A stretch of DNA of 63,525 bases, the filler included, from Hyphochytrium catenoides (lineage: Eukaryota > Protista > Hyphochytriomycota): NCBI GenBank assembly GCA_900088475.1. It is 8 parts of 8 records of this genome, joined end to end, with 100 filler letters (N's around TTAATTAATTAA, not from the genome) between each part and the next. Parts side by side here need not be neighbours in the genome. Positions count along the whole stretch, not along the records: positions 51,080 to 63,525 come from FLMG01003270.1; 7 more parts are not named here. One strand, 5' to 3'. Under the pieces are notes generated by a model, which did no database searches, was not told the DNA's origin, and saw nothing but the letters and a program-made list of their open reading frames with translations. The position numbers and the translations under genes were made by a program. Below, one piece after another: positions 53,031 to 63,525 of the stretch; the first letter of the stretch is position 1; the number at the start of each line of letters is the position of its first letter.

Positions 53031-55880
53031 GTCTCAACACTACTTCTTAGCTCTGAGGATAGGAGAATGAGTTTCCTCCAAGGGAGTAGCGATACCATTT
53101 TATAACACTATTGCAGCAACAGCTTTGGCAAACAAACCCTTCTTCTTCAGCCGCCGGTGGTAGGGAGGATCGTTGGATGTTTGACGGGATAGAGAAGTCC
53201 GTTATGGCGTTAGGGTAGCCAGCGGCCTGGGATAAGGGCGGTGAATATGGATGACTGTAGCTTTTAGAGCCTGCCGGAATATATATTCTCGACAGACCCG
53301 TCTCTCACCGTACGCTAATGGTAGGCACAGAGGAGGAAGTCCAGGAAAAAATACTCTAGCGCAATAAAGCGAAGTGCAGATCATCTGGAAAATGTGAAGT
53401 GAAATTACAGATTAGCGTGGTGAGCGCGGCAATTGCACATCCCATTGCTATGCAAAACAAGTAATAAGGTCTAGACTCCTACCATCAGCTAATAAACATG
53501 CAAAGGGTATCATCAAGAGAGTATCCAGTATGGACTACCACTTGGATAATGGACGTGACCTTTGGCGTGATGGGAACATTCCCAACGTATCGACGGAGGG
53601 AAGGAAATGTCTATGACAAGCGCCCCTAGCCTCATCCCAAAGAGCCCAGTAATCACCCGCTTGCCACCGAGAGAGGCCGTCTAGAATCAATTGTGGATAC
53701 CACCAGGGTTTCTCAGCCCGACGGTCTTTGCGGCCTCCACGGGCAGGACGGGATCAGCCCCCGGGCGGGAGCAGCTTTGAGAGAGGGGAGGAACAGAGAC
53801 CAAGAGACAATAGAGTTTTGAAAGGCACAAATTCAGGAGGGAGCAGACGGCAAACTCATTCAGGATCGAAGAACAAAAGGGTCTTGCGGATGGACCTACT
53901 ACCGGGGAGGAGCTGGCAGATGTCCGTAAGAGGAGGAAGACAAGACAAAGGGCAGGGAGAGAAGAGGAAAGGAGTAGGAAGAAGTTCAGGAGAGATTAAC
54001 GTCGGCTAGGGAAGAGAAAAGGGAGGAGTCTTCAACTGGAGGCACAGAAGAAACCCAGAAGTTGAGGTAAGAAGGGGAAGAAGGAGGACTTTTTAGAGGT
54101 TAGGCAGAGGGGACAGAGGTGGTAGAGGAGAGGAGGTGATTGTGTGTGTGTTGGTTGGGGGGGAGGGGCCCAAGCCGCCAAGGAAGAGTGATCTAGCCTG
54201 GGTCCAGGGCGAGGGCCGAAATGATACAATCAATCATGTTGGGCGCCCGGTTAATATTCTTGCGGTCAGAATAGTTATGCCCACAACAGACCGTGAGATG
54301 GAGGGCTGGTCCAGAGGAGAGGAGTAGTACAGGGAGATTTAGGCTTACTGACGGCCTGACGTAGTGGGGGCAGGTCCTCTTCCCACAGAGAGAGTCGGCC
54401 ACAGTCTAATAGCAGCTCAAAATATTGGGAGTCTCCCGGGCAGCCAGCATGGGAAACTAGAAGACCTTCTTGAGCTCTTGAGGACGACCGAAATGAGAGC
54501 CAGGACCAGAGATGGAGAGAGCAGAAGATGGTGGTCCTACGAGGCGGTAGAATCTGCAGCAGGCAGGAGGAGGAGGAGGCACCTTCAGGAGAGAGAAGAG
54601 AACTATTCTGACTTCGGGGGGTGATCAAACATTTATAATGAAATAATCATCTTCTTTCTTCAATAATAAGTCATCTTCTTCCTTGCTCAAACATGAACTA
54701 AGGCCTTAAGTGAAAACTGCTCTAGTCCTTGACCAATAAGAAGATTTTTTTTCCTGACAATTCACTATATGAAACAGCTACGACTACTCAGGAGAAAAAG
54801 AGGAAGCAGAAGAAGAGATAAGAGCTACTAGCGACATTCTGCAAGCACTCCCAAATCGGAGGGACGAAAATCGGACGGATGAACTTTCAACGGCCACTAA
54901 GCCTTGGTCGTCTCTTCAATCGCTCTCCGCCTCCACCACCTTCGTTATCAGAGAAAGAAGAAACATGATACAACTTGTCAGTAATAACAATAGAAGAAGG
55001 AGAAGACGTAACAGCGCCGCGATCATCATCCCACTTGACAAGGCAAGCAACAAGTGAAAAGGATTACTCCGGAGTAATTATTTAGAAAACTACATAAGGG
55101 TACATCTACCGGCTGGGCACCTCTTTCTAATCTACTAGTCACTCCTTCAAATCATTGCTCGTTAATAAAAGGAGACCTAGAGTGAAGAGATAGCCGCAGA
55201 CGACACACAGGTAGTAGAATCACAACGAACTGTTCATTGTTCTGCGCCTGGCTTCATGTCGCAACAAAATTCAAGAAAAATCAGTTCTACATTCATGCGA
55301 AATGATCCACCGGGTCGACAAGTTTTTATTTTTCAGAAATAATACCGTCCATCCGAGAAGAAGCCCAAGTTGAAGAAGGATAATAAGGTCGCGGTCGGGC
55401 TGTCGTTGTGGGGCTGCAGCAGCCAGCAGTTTGTCCCGCTCCTTTGATGGGAGTCTTTGCAATTGGGAGGAGCTATGGCTTTTACCCTTGACTGTTGTGT
55501 GCAACGAACAACAGCTTCGATGTGTTCGCTCTCCTTGGCTTGATGGTCCTCGGCATCTTGGTCATTGGTCTTGATTGTTGGCGATGGCCTTGACTCTTCA
55601 AACCAAGAGTTCTATAGCTTCTGAATGATGAAGAGTATTCCTTTTCGGCAGTTAGGTCACACCAGGAGTCTTTTTCGCCCTTTACGAAATACGTGCCCTC
55701 CTACAGATTCTGAAGCATAATACGGAGTACTCCGTAATAATTAAGCTATGGGCTTACTTACGCCTTCATACGCGAATATCTTTAGCCATTCACGAAGAAA
55801 ATGCACTTCAAATCTTGAAGCGCATTCCTCCTGATGAACAGCTGGACCCTTCTCTTGCTTGTCTCGTGACAGCTGAGCTC

Positions 55881-55990
55881 GATGGTGATGACATGGTTGC
55901 TAGTAGTGGTTCAACTCCTCCTCCTCCTTCTTCTCCGCTTGAAATCAACAACTATGATTCTTCCTTTACTGATGATGAGCACGGAGCAGA
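55881..55990 (+). repeat. Dispersed repeat A, copy 2
   Basis: See copy 1 at 51372-51515. Confidence 0.85.
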
Positions 55991-57524
55991 TCGAGCTGAG
56001 GTGGAAGAGCCTATGACTTCTTAGCTTTTTTTTCTTCTCTTTCTCATCTTCTCTTCACTTTCTTCTCTTTTTCTTCTTCTTCTTCTTCTCCTTCTTCTTT
56101 CTTCATCTTTTACTTCTTCTTAGTAGACATTAATTTCTTAGTAAACAGCAATCCTCCTAATCCAACTGAATAATAAGGCCGTAGAGCAGGTCTATCAAAA
56201 AGTTCGCTGGCTATCGAGGCCGTTTGTCTGAGAAAGCGAAGCTAAAGAAATGTGAGGTTCCTTGTAAGGCTAGTTCGTCATGTGGTCGGTCAGATAAAAT
56301 ATGGCCACCGGTAGAAAGTTGGCGGATTTTATTATTGCGATGATGCTACCAGTCCCCTTCATCCCCGAGTCAGGAGGGCCTGGTGGCTCTGCCCAGAGCC
56401 TATTGTTACAAGTCGTTATTACCTTTCTATAAAACTGCAAGGTCACCAGCAGCAGGGTGAGGTTTATTTACTGGTTCCTGGGGGGCTTCTCTATAAAATC
56501 CCTCATTGTAAATCAACTTTGGGGGCAGGTCAATGCGAAGCCGTTGCTTGCCCTTTGTGTTTTTCCGCAACTACGAACAACCACAAGCGCCAAGCTGAAC
56601 CTACGGTATCCATTACTTGATATTTCGAGTTTTGCCATGTTCCTTGAAGGAGTAATAACCACAAGCTATATCGATCCCATTTTGAGGCCTTATCATCAGT
56701 CTTACTCTACCAGGAGGTAGGTATAAGAAATAATGCAGCTACTCGTAGGAGAAGAAGCAGTAAGGTTGGTCTTTTGACTTGAAGAAGATAAATAACCACC
56801 ATTTGCTCGTCGTGATGAAGAACCGAGAACATGCAAGGGCAGGAAGTAAGGAGATGGAAACCCATCACAACTGTCCAGAAATCTTGGTATCCTGTGGAGC
56901 CAAAGGAGAATGAGATTGGACGGATTATAATAACAACATGAGCCGAGACGGGATCCATAGGTAAAGTCTCCCATGATATGGCGGCGTGAGGTGAGATCTC
57001 TGACCCCAGGAGTGTCGCAAGTAGTACTACCATCATTGTGAAGAGCGGACGTTATTTAATATTAGTAGGTAGACCCACTTTACACTTCTCTTCCGTGGTG
57101 GACGTGTCGTCTTACTAATGCTAAGGAAATCTACTTTCTTCTTCTCTCCACCCAACCCCAAAGAAATCAGCATTGGAAAGTTCTTGATCGATCCCTATGG
57201 TTCCAGTTCTGCTCGGCCTCCTTCAATCCTCAGTCCCCTTCTTCAATTGTCCCTCTTTCCTCTTGCTTTCATAATAGCTGACTTCTTTCTTCTTGGCACA
57301 TCATCATGTGTTTGGGTACGGTTGATAATAGACAAGGATTGATGGTAACGACAGAGGCAGGTCAACCCTTGCTTGACTTCAAGCTGTCTGATTCATTCAG
57401 CAATTTTCCCCAGAACTCTTACGTATTATAATCAATCAATACGTGGCCTGCCGCCCCCTAACAAGCAACAGCATTTCGCCGTCGTCCAAGCCTCGGATAG
57501 CATCGGCGACTTCGGTTATTAGCC

Positions 57525-58706
57525 ATGATCCTTGCTACTAGGATTTTGACAGTTCTTGCGACTAGTTCCTACATCATTCTGAGTGCTGCAGGGAAAGGTG
57601 ATACCTGGCAGTATGAAGAATACCCTGCTATCCGCCATTGGAGCCTGTACAACCCGTCACGCTGGGAAGCCAACCATCATATGATGAGGACAGGCGTCAA
57701 AGATGGCGACTCCTTCTCTCCTGCTGGAGGAAATCCACCATACTACGTCCTGAAGAATGTCGATGGCACACCCACCTTCTGGTACCAGAAGTACGAATAT
57801 CGCCAAGGGTACGGCGATGAGTTTCTAATCTGCAAGGCAGGAGACTGGAATGATGGCCACACCGAATACGAAGCGGGCCCCGACTTCATCGAGAAGTATC
57901 CAAAAGAGGCCTGGACCATGTGCTATATCGGTGCGGATGGCGGGTTGGGAGGCGGATACCACTTCTTCCTATTTTTCGCCAATATCAAGAAGGAGGACGA
58001 TGAAAAGGCTTTTTGCCAGGGAAGATGCCTTCGTGGTAATTATGAGGGCGGAGGATGGGCGGAGGGGGAAAATGTCCCGCCCTGTTGGAAGAAGGAGAAT
58101 GGTTACTTCAGCTGTTATGAATATTTGACTGGAAAGTGTCCTTGGGCGGGAATGACGGACTGCAACCAACCTCCTTCAACTACTGAGCCTCCAACAACCA
58201 CAGAGGCTCCTTCAAGCACTGGGCCTCCTGCTACCACCGAGCCCCCTGCTACCACCGAGCCTCCTGCTACCACCGAGCCTTCCGCTACCACCGAGCCTCC
58301 TATTGTCACGGACCCCCCTACTATTACTGAGCCTCCGGCTGAGCCCTGTGAGGGAAAATGTCTTCGTGGTAACTTCGAAGGCGGAGGATGGTCTACAGGG
58401 GACAATGCCCCTCCCTGCTGGAACAGAGAGAATGGATACTTCAGCTGTTTTGAAAAAGTTAGGGGACAGTGTCCGTGGAAGGGAATGACCGACTGCAATA
58501 AAGCGTCTCCGACCACTAGTGGGCCAAGCCCACCTTCTCAGTACTGTGAAGGGAAATGCCTACGAGGCAACTACGAAGGCGGAGGATGGGCTGAGGCACC
58601 TAATGCTCCTCCTTGCTGGCAGGAAGTGGAGGGATACTTCAGCTGCTACGAGAAGCTCAACGGGACGTGCCCAGACTGGGACCGGATGAAAGAGTGCAGT
58701 TGGTAG
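57525..58706 (+). CDS. Secreted 393-aa protein: signal peptide, aromatic-rich N-domain, three ~50-aa 6-Cys repeats, Thr/Glu/Pro linker; intronless
   Basis: Hydrophobic N-terminus (MILATRILTVLATSSYIILSAAG); repeats at 58014-58163, 58347-58496 and 58545-58697; (TTEPPA)n linker encoded by an 18-bp tandem repeat. Confidence 0.85.
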   Translation: MILATRILTVLATSSYIILSAAGKGDTWQYEEYPAIRHWSLYNPSRWEANHHMMRTGVKDGDSFSPAGGNPPYYVLKNVDGTPTFWYQKYEYRQGYGDEFLICKAGDWNDGHTEYEAGPDFIEKYPKEAWTMCYIGADGGLGGGYHFFLFFANIKKEDDEKAFCQGRCLRGNYEGGGWAEGENVPPCWKKENGYFSCYEYLTGKCPWAGMTDCNQPPSTTEPPTTTEAPSSTGPPATTEPPATTEPPATTEPSATTEPPIVTDPPTITEPPAEPCEGKCLRGNFEGGGWSTGDNAPPCWNRENGYFSCFEKVRGQCPWKGMTDCNKASPTTSGPSPPSQYCEGKCLRGNYEGGGWAEAPNAPPCWQEVEGYFSCYEKLNGTCPDWDRMKECSW

Positions 58707-58867
58707 AGAAGTCAAAGAACCAGTCTAATGATGACGGCACTCATTACGTGGCGCCTTCTATGGTGTTCACATGCTGCAGTGCAGGAAACAGAGAATATAA
58801 ATAGTTCCTTATGTCACGACTTCAATATTCTCATTTTGTCACATAGCCTACTGATGATTACTGTTGA

Positions 58868-59030
58868 GAACCCTTTTCTTCAGGGATCTCTATAGCAAGG
58901 AATATTCTTCTTCTTGATTCCTTGTCCTACTTTCTTCTTATGATTTCTCTAAAAATTTGTTCTTGCTTCTGCATATTTTTCTCTTTCCGACTTTACTTCT
59001 TCCCTTCCTTCTGGCCACCAATTTATTGTT
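58868..59030 (-). repeat. Dispersed repeat B, copy 2
   Basis: See copy 1 at 52868-53030. Confidence 0.75.
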
Positions 59031-59714
59031 CAATTCTACTTGGGTCTAGAGATTCTCCGCGATCGGAAGCAAGGGACGCTTACGGTTTGCCAAGGAGATC
59101 CACCACCCTGGATCTTCTAAAGCGTTTTTGGCCTCTGCTGCCTCGTCATCTTGCCCCGTACTACTTCTATTTTTATAAATCACTCATGATGAATGAAGTA
59201 GGGGAGCAAGATGGTGAGGCGAGCACATGATGGTGGCTGCCGTCGCACACAGATGGGGCCAGTATGAAGGAAGACGAACCTCTTTCAGCTTTCAACCATT
59301 ACTCCTTTTAACTAGCTGCTCTTGGTTTTAGTGATAGTGAAAGTTGTGATGAAGAAGATGATGATTGATGGTGCCATGATGCCAATTCCTTCTTGATTGG
59401 CATCAACCATCTTGCACTAATCTGGTCATTTGGCGGCTCAGGCTATTTGATACCACCCGCAGTAGCAACCTACACTTGAAGAAGAAATTCTTAGTGTTTC
59501 TTTTTTTGTGGAATAGAACTCTTTTTTCCATATCCTAAGAGAGCTCTAGCTGGCTGTTCATACTTTATGGCCCGCTGTTAGCTAAGTTGGAGCAGTGGAC
59601 TGCTAGCGAAACAGGGTTCGTCAGCTCTTTCTGTTTCTGCAAGAACGAACGAACGAGCACCGGAGCAGGATTAAGAAGAGGAGTCGTCAGCCAACCCAGA
59701 TCTGACAACAGCGA

Positions 59715-59900
59715 TCGGCCCTTTGTGGACCCGGAGACAGGAGAGCTAGTATGGCACATTGAAGGCAATCTGGACGACAAGCGTGTGCGCTATCACAGGG
59801 CAACAGAGCATCGATCTGGTCAAATGGCAAGGATTGTCAGTCTCAAGAGCTTCATGGGAGCCTCTCAAACCAATCAATTCCTTTCCCTGGTTGTACACTT
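59715..59900 (+). pseudogene. Frameshifted chromodomain, probably the integrase C-terminus of a decayed chromovirus (Ty3/Gypsy) element
   Basis: RPFVDPETGELVWHIEGNLDDKRVRYHRATEHR, frameshift near 59814, then LVKWQGLSVSRASWEPL. This is the chromodomain core (vE.Il..r...YLVKW.G.....sWEP). Confidence 0.65.
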
Positions 59901-61109
59901 TCAATTGTCACGGTCCGACGCAGAGCTGGGCACGCTTCACCTAAACATGTACCAACTTCGGGCTCCACAAAAAGCATCATGGTCATTTTAACGTTAAAGA
60001 GGTTGAACGTTCCCGGCGTCCGACAGCTGTTGGTGCCACGTTGGACCCGTAGCGCCGTATGGTTGGCCAATGAGCGAAGCAGCGCCTGAATGGAGAAAGC
60101 TGGAGAGCTCGCGCTGCCGAAAGGCGTAGACAATCATTAGTGATAGCAGCACCCTCCTTGGGTAGTGTAGCTGCAAACTTGGCCACCCGGCGTGGAGCAG
60201 AAGAGTATGACGAAAGGTCTAGATCTTGAGCAGAGGCTGAGGCTGACCGAGCTAATCTGAAAGTGACGGAGGAGGTCAGACCATCCTACAACCGCGCCAG
60301 GAAAACCTAATAGTCTCCCCGGATACTCCACCACCAATGAGCATCATGGAGCCAACACCAATGCGCATGGAGCCAACACGTACAATGAGGGTTATCTGAT
60401 AGTTGCCCGGTCTACAACAGAAACTCAGATATCGATACGACTAGCACGAGTGCCGTTGCCTCGGTGCGATAGAAAGAGTAACGAACACACTCACAGAGTC
60501 AGGTGATGACTATTGAGCTCTTTTGGCAAAGGGATTACAAGTTATTATACCACTGCCATGCCCTGAAACCCCTAGAACTCGGGAAGAACAGCAGAGACAA
60601 AAACAAGACCAAGGAGCACCTGTCTCGTTCGGCTGCCGTCCCCTCCCGTGCTCGTTTGTTGTCAAGCATCTCTTCCTCTTCTTCAACCGCTCCTTTCGCG
60701 TTTCAAGAAGAAGGCTCTACAGCCTGCGGCCCGGCTCCCCTGGTGCCTCTCCTCTGTCGCTGCTTACTCATCCCACCATGCCTTGTCCACCAACGCGATA
60801 GATTCTTCAGAGTTAGCCGAAAAAAGCAAGTATTATGCATGGCAATCTGACCTGTTCGGCCGCCACCGTAACTATGCTCTGACTTCTGATAGTAAATAAT
60901 AACCGTAGGGCAATCCATGGTTACGTACATTTCTTCTGTTTTATCATCTCGCTTACCCGCCGTATCGTCTGGCGCTCCCTTATATTGCATTCTGAGCATT
61001 TCCTGAGGTTAATGAAGCTTTTTATGACAGAATGGGATTGGATTTTAACAGGCATAACAGGACTTCGGCTTGTAGCATTCGTCCTTATCTTCTTCATATC
61101 TTCTCTGCG

Positions 61110-62334
61110 CTAGAAGAGGAGCGATGCTCTAGAGGTGAGTTTGGGTAGCCGCGGTGCTCCATGCGTGCCTTGAACTTCGCTGTGTATTGCTCTGATGTTT
61201 GTCGAGGCACAATGCCGAAGGAACTCAAAGGTCTGCCGCTGACGGCACATGATTAAATCCATACTATCGACATCACCGGCTCCCAACTGCCACTTCAGGT
61301 CTCTTAAGCTCCTTCCTTTAGTCAGCGCAGCAGCGACAAGGAACGCTGCGACAAGCTGCAGGGTGTGCGTTGAGCTGATTCTTTCTCTCTTTGGAATGAG
61401 GTCGTTTACGTTTTTCAAAAGGGGAGACTCCTTATAAACCTCTATAACCTTGTCCTGTGTTAGTTTTTGCACTGTAACGGTACATTCAGATAGGAGGAGG
61501 ATGTGCACAGGATCTCCTTGTCGGAGCATCGGACACGCGGAATTTATCGTTCTTAGTCCTCTCCTCTCCGTGATTCTTCCTCCTGGCGCCGCGATGCCAC
61601 AGTGAGCTGTATTCGCCGGAGTGAAGTGCTATGGTACTCATCCTACTATTCTACACCAATAATCCTCATCAAAACTCTTCTAGGTTCTTATCCTCTTTAT
61701 TCAGGTCGAATATTTCGTCGCCAGCTAGAAAAAGTAACATATGCCGTTCAAGGCGCCACTGCGGATTGACGTATATACTACCTTGGTCTTTCTGACCGGA
61801 TAAATATTTTTGCTTCTTCTTCTGGGAGCTCCGGAATCTTCCCGCATCATACCACATGCTGAGGCCCAGAGCGTTCCAAAGGTGAAGAGGAAGATCACCC
61901 AGGACAGAAGTCGCAGCCTTAGTCCTACCATCACGAGCAGCGAGCAGAGGGATTCTCATCATTAGTCACATCAGGTCTCGAAGATTTCATGATCCTCCAG
62001 CTTCAAGGCCAATTAGACCACAGTTCTTTCTCTATGTCGCTGGACCGACCAACCACCTATTCCAGTGTTACATTCTTGTCTCTGCCGCCATTGTCTGTCT
62101 CATACTCTTTAGACATCAAAGAAGCATTGCCAGCAGCCTTGGTCGGTCCTCCCTAGTAGGTAGGACGACGGAGTCTTCCAATGGATCTCCAGAAGCTACT
62201 CCGCAGTAGAAAGTCACGGCTTTTCCAAACAGGATCTTTCCGTTACAGCAGCCTATCCCGCCGGTGCTTCCAAACAGGAAGATGGATCTAGCAGCAAGAG
62301 ACCCAGTAGAATTAGAAGCAGTGAAGCACTCCAC
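61110..62334 (-). CDS. Hypothetical spliced or degenerate coding region, family not recognised
   Basis: Three same-strand, non-repetitive ORFs (62116-62334, 61669-61962, 61110-61529) with protein-like composition; no motif recognised. Confidence 0.3.
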
Positions 62335-63525
62335 TGTACTGGCATAATCGTCTCTGTGCTTGGCTTTTTTTATACAAATCTTTTTCCCATTCTACTCTCT
62401 TCTGTTCCTTGGTACTTTATATTATTATTCAAATTACCTGTAGTTGAAGAAACTAACAAGTGGAATAACTACATACTAGACTTTATGCATACAGTCTGCT
62501 GTCTAAAACCACTAGGGAAGACCTCCATCAACGCCACCTGGAAGCTGATCCATGGCAATGAAGCTAGTATCCGTCGGGCTAGAATTACCTTCGTTTCATT
62601 CCTTTCAGTAGGGAGGTCGGCATGCAACAAGCAGGGATGCTATACAGAGAGGTTGAGCACCGCATTATTAGTAGCTACGAACAATGGTCACAACAATGAG
62701 GATTAGTAGAGGCGGGATAGCAAAACAATCTACTTGTTGCATGCAGCAGAACCGGACTCCTCATAATACTGACAACCGTAGTGAGGACTGCAAGAAGCAG
62801 CATCATGCATCACTGTCCTAGTAAGAGGTAGTACTCTTCTTTCTGCTTTGCTTAAAATGTTTATAGATTAGTAATTAAGTACGGAGTAGTTCTATTGCTT
62901 CTGTCACTCACGTCTATCTTGTCAGCTTCTCATCACTTCGGGAGTTTGAAGGGGGGAGCGGAAGGAGAACCATGAGACGAACTCCACAGATAAATACCCG
63001 AAACGAACCAGCTACACACCAATAAATCTAATTGTATGTAAAGTTCTGACCAGAAGTCCAGTCACTTGCGGGCCAGCAATAAGACTCCCGCGATCCATGA
63101 CTCCATGACTCTTTCTGGCAAGGCGTACGTCTGGGCCCCTTTACCCTACTGAAACGAAATAATGGACCTCGCATTTCCAGCCATCATGGGGGAGAACCAT
63201 TATCATTCGAGCTCTGATGACGAACGGCAAGCCTCAGTCAAAAGAGTTCAGGTCCAGGAATAATCAGCCTTATTTTGTATGTGTGTCTGCCTGTCTGTTA
63301 TGTCTATCTGTCTGTCTGTTTTTTATAAAGAGCTATAGATTATGCCATTACAGTAACTTATGACAAGCATACAACTTCTTCCTGTTCATTCAGAGTTGCC
63401 AAGCTATCACTTTAGATTGACCGCAGGAGTAATTATATATGAACTCTCATGTTTTCCTAGGTATGTCAAAGCAGCGTACGACTATTTTGGCTTTCACTCT
63501 GAAGGTTTAGGAACTAGACCAGCTA

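Noticed and set aside
53700-54630. Possible gag or ORF1 of a retroelement
   Set aside because: Only short purine-rich ORFs, with no zinc knuckle, protease or RT motif that I could identify.

Overview
Eukaryotic, intron-rich genomic DNA. It is not one locus: eight contig pieces are joined by seven artificial 100-bp spacers (44 N + TTAATTAATTAA + 44 N, stops in all six frames), and there are further N-gaps next to (CT/GA)n microsatellites. Hand-spliced genes use the standard code and GT-AG introns. An outer-dynein-arm docking subunit and a MAK/ICK-type kinase point to a flagellated protist, and the RanGAP motifs look stramenopile-like (inference). Recognisable genes: ODA-DC2/CCDC114-like coiled coil, RDH-type SDR, SLC35F (3' end), pirin (3' end), NHE8/NHX exchanger, MAK/ICK kinase, METTL21-family methyltransferase, epoxide hydrolase, an ankyrin protein, SAE1/Aos1 (3' end), a TFIIS-like protein, a makorin-like protein and one atypical tRNA. 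Most notable: (1) a PH-PX-basic-polyPro-WH2-C-A protein that looks like a WASP-family Arp2/3 activator with an architecture I do not recognise; (2) two RanGAP modules that splice into one ~856-aa protein, the first lacking the conserved Arg; (3) an NAD-dependent epimerase fused to a CbiX-type chelatase; (4) a secreted protein with three copies of an unrecognised 6-Cys domain; (5) a TFIIS-like zinc ribbon without the DE hairpin. All gene models and family calls were made by eye, without database searches.
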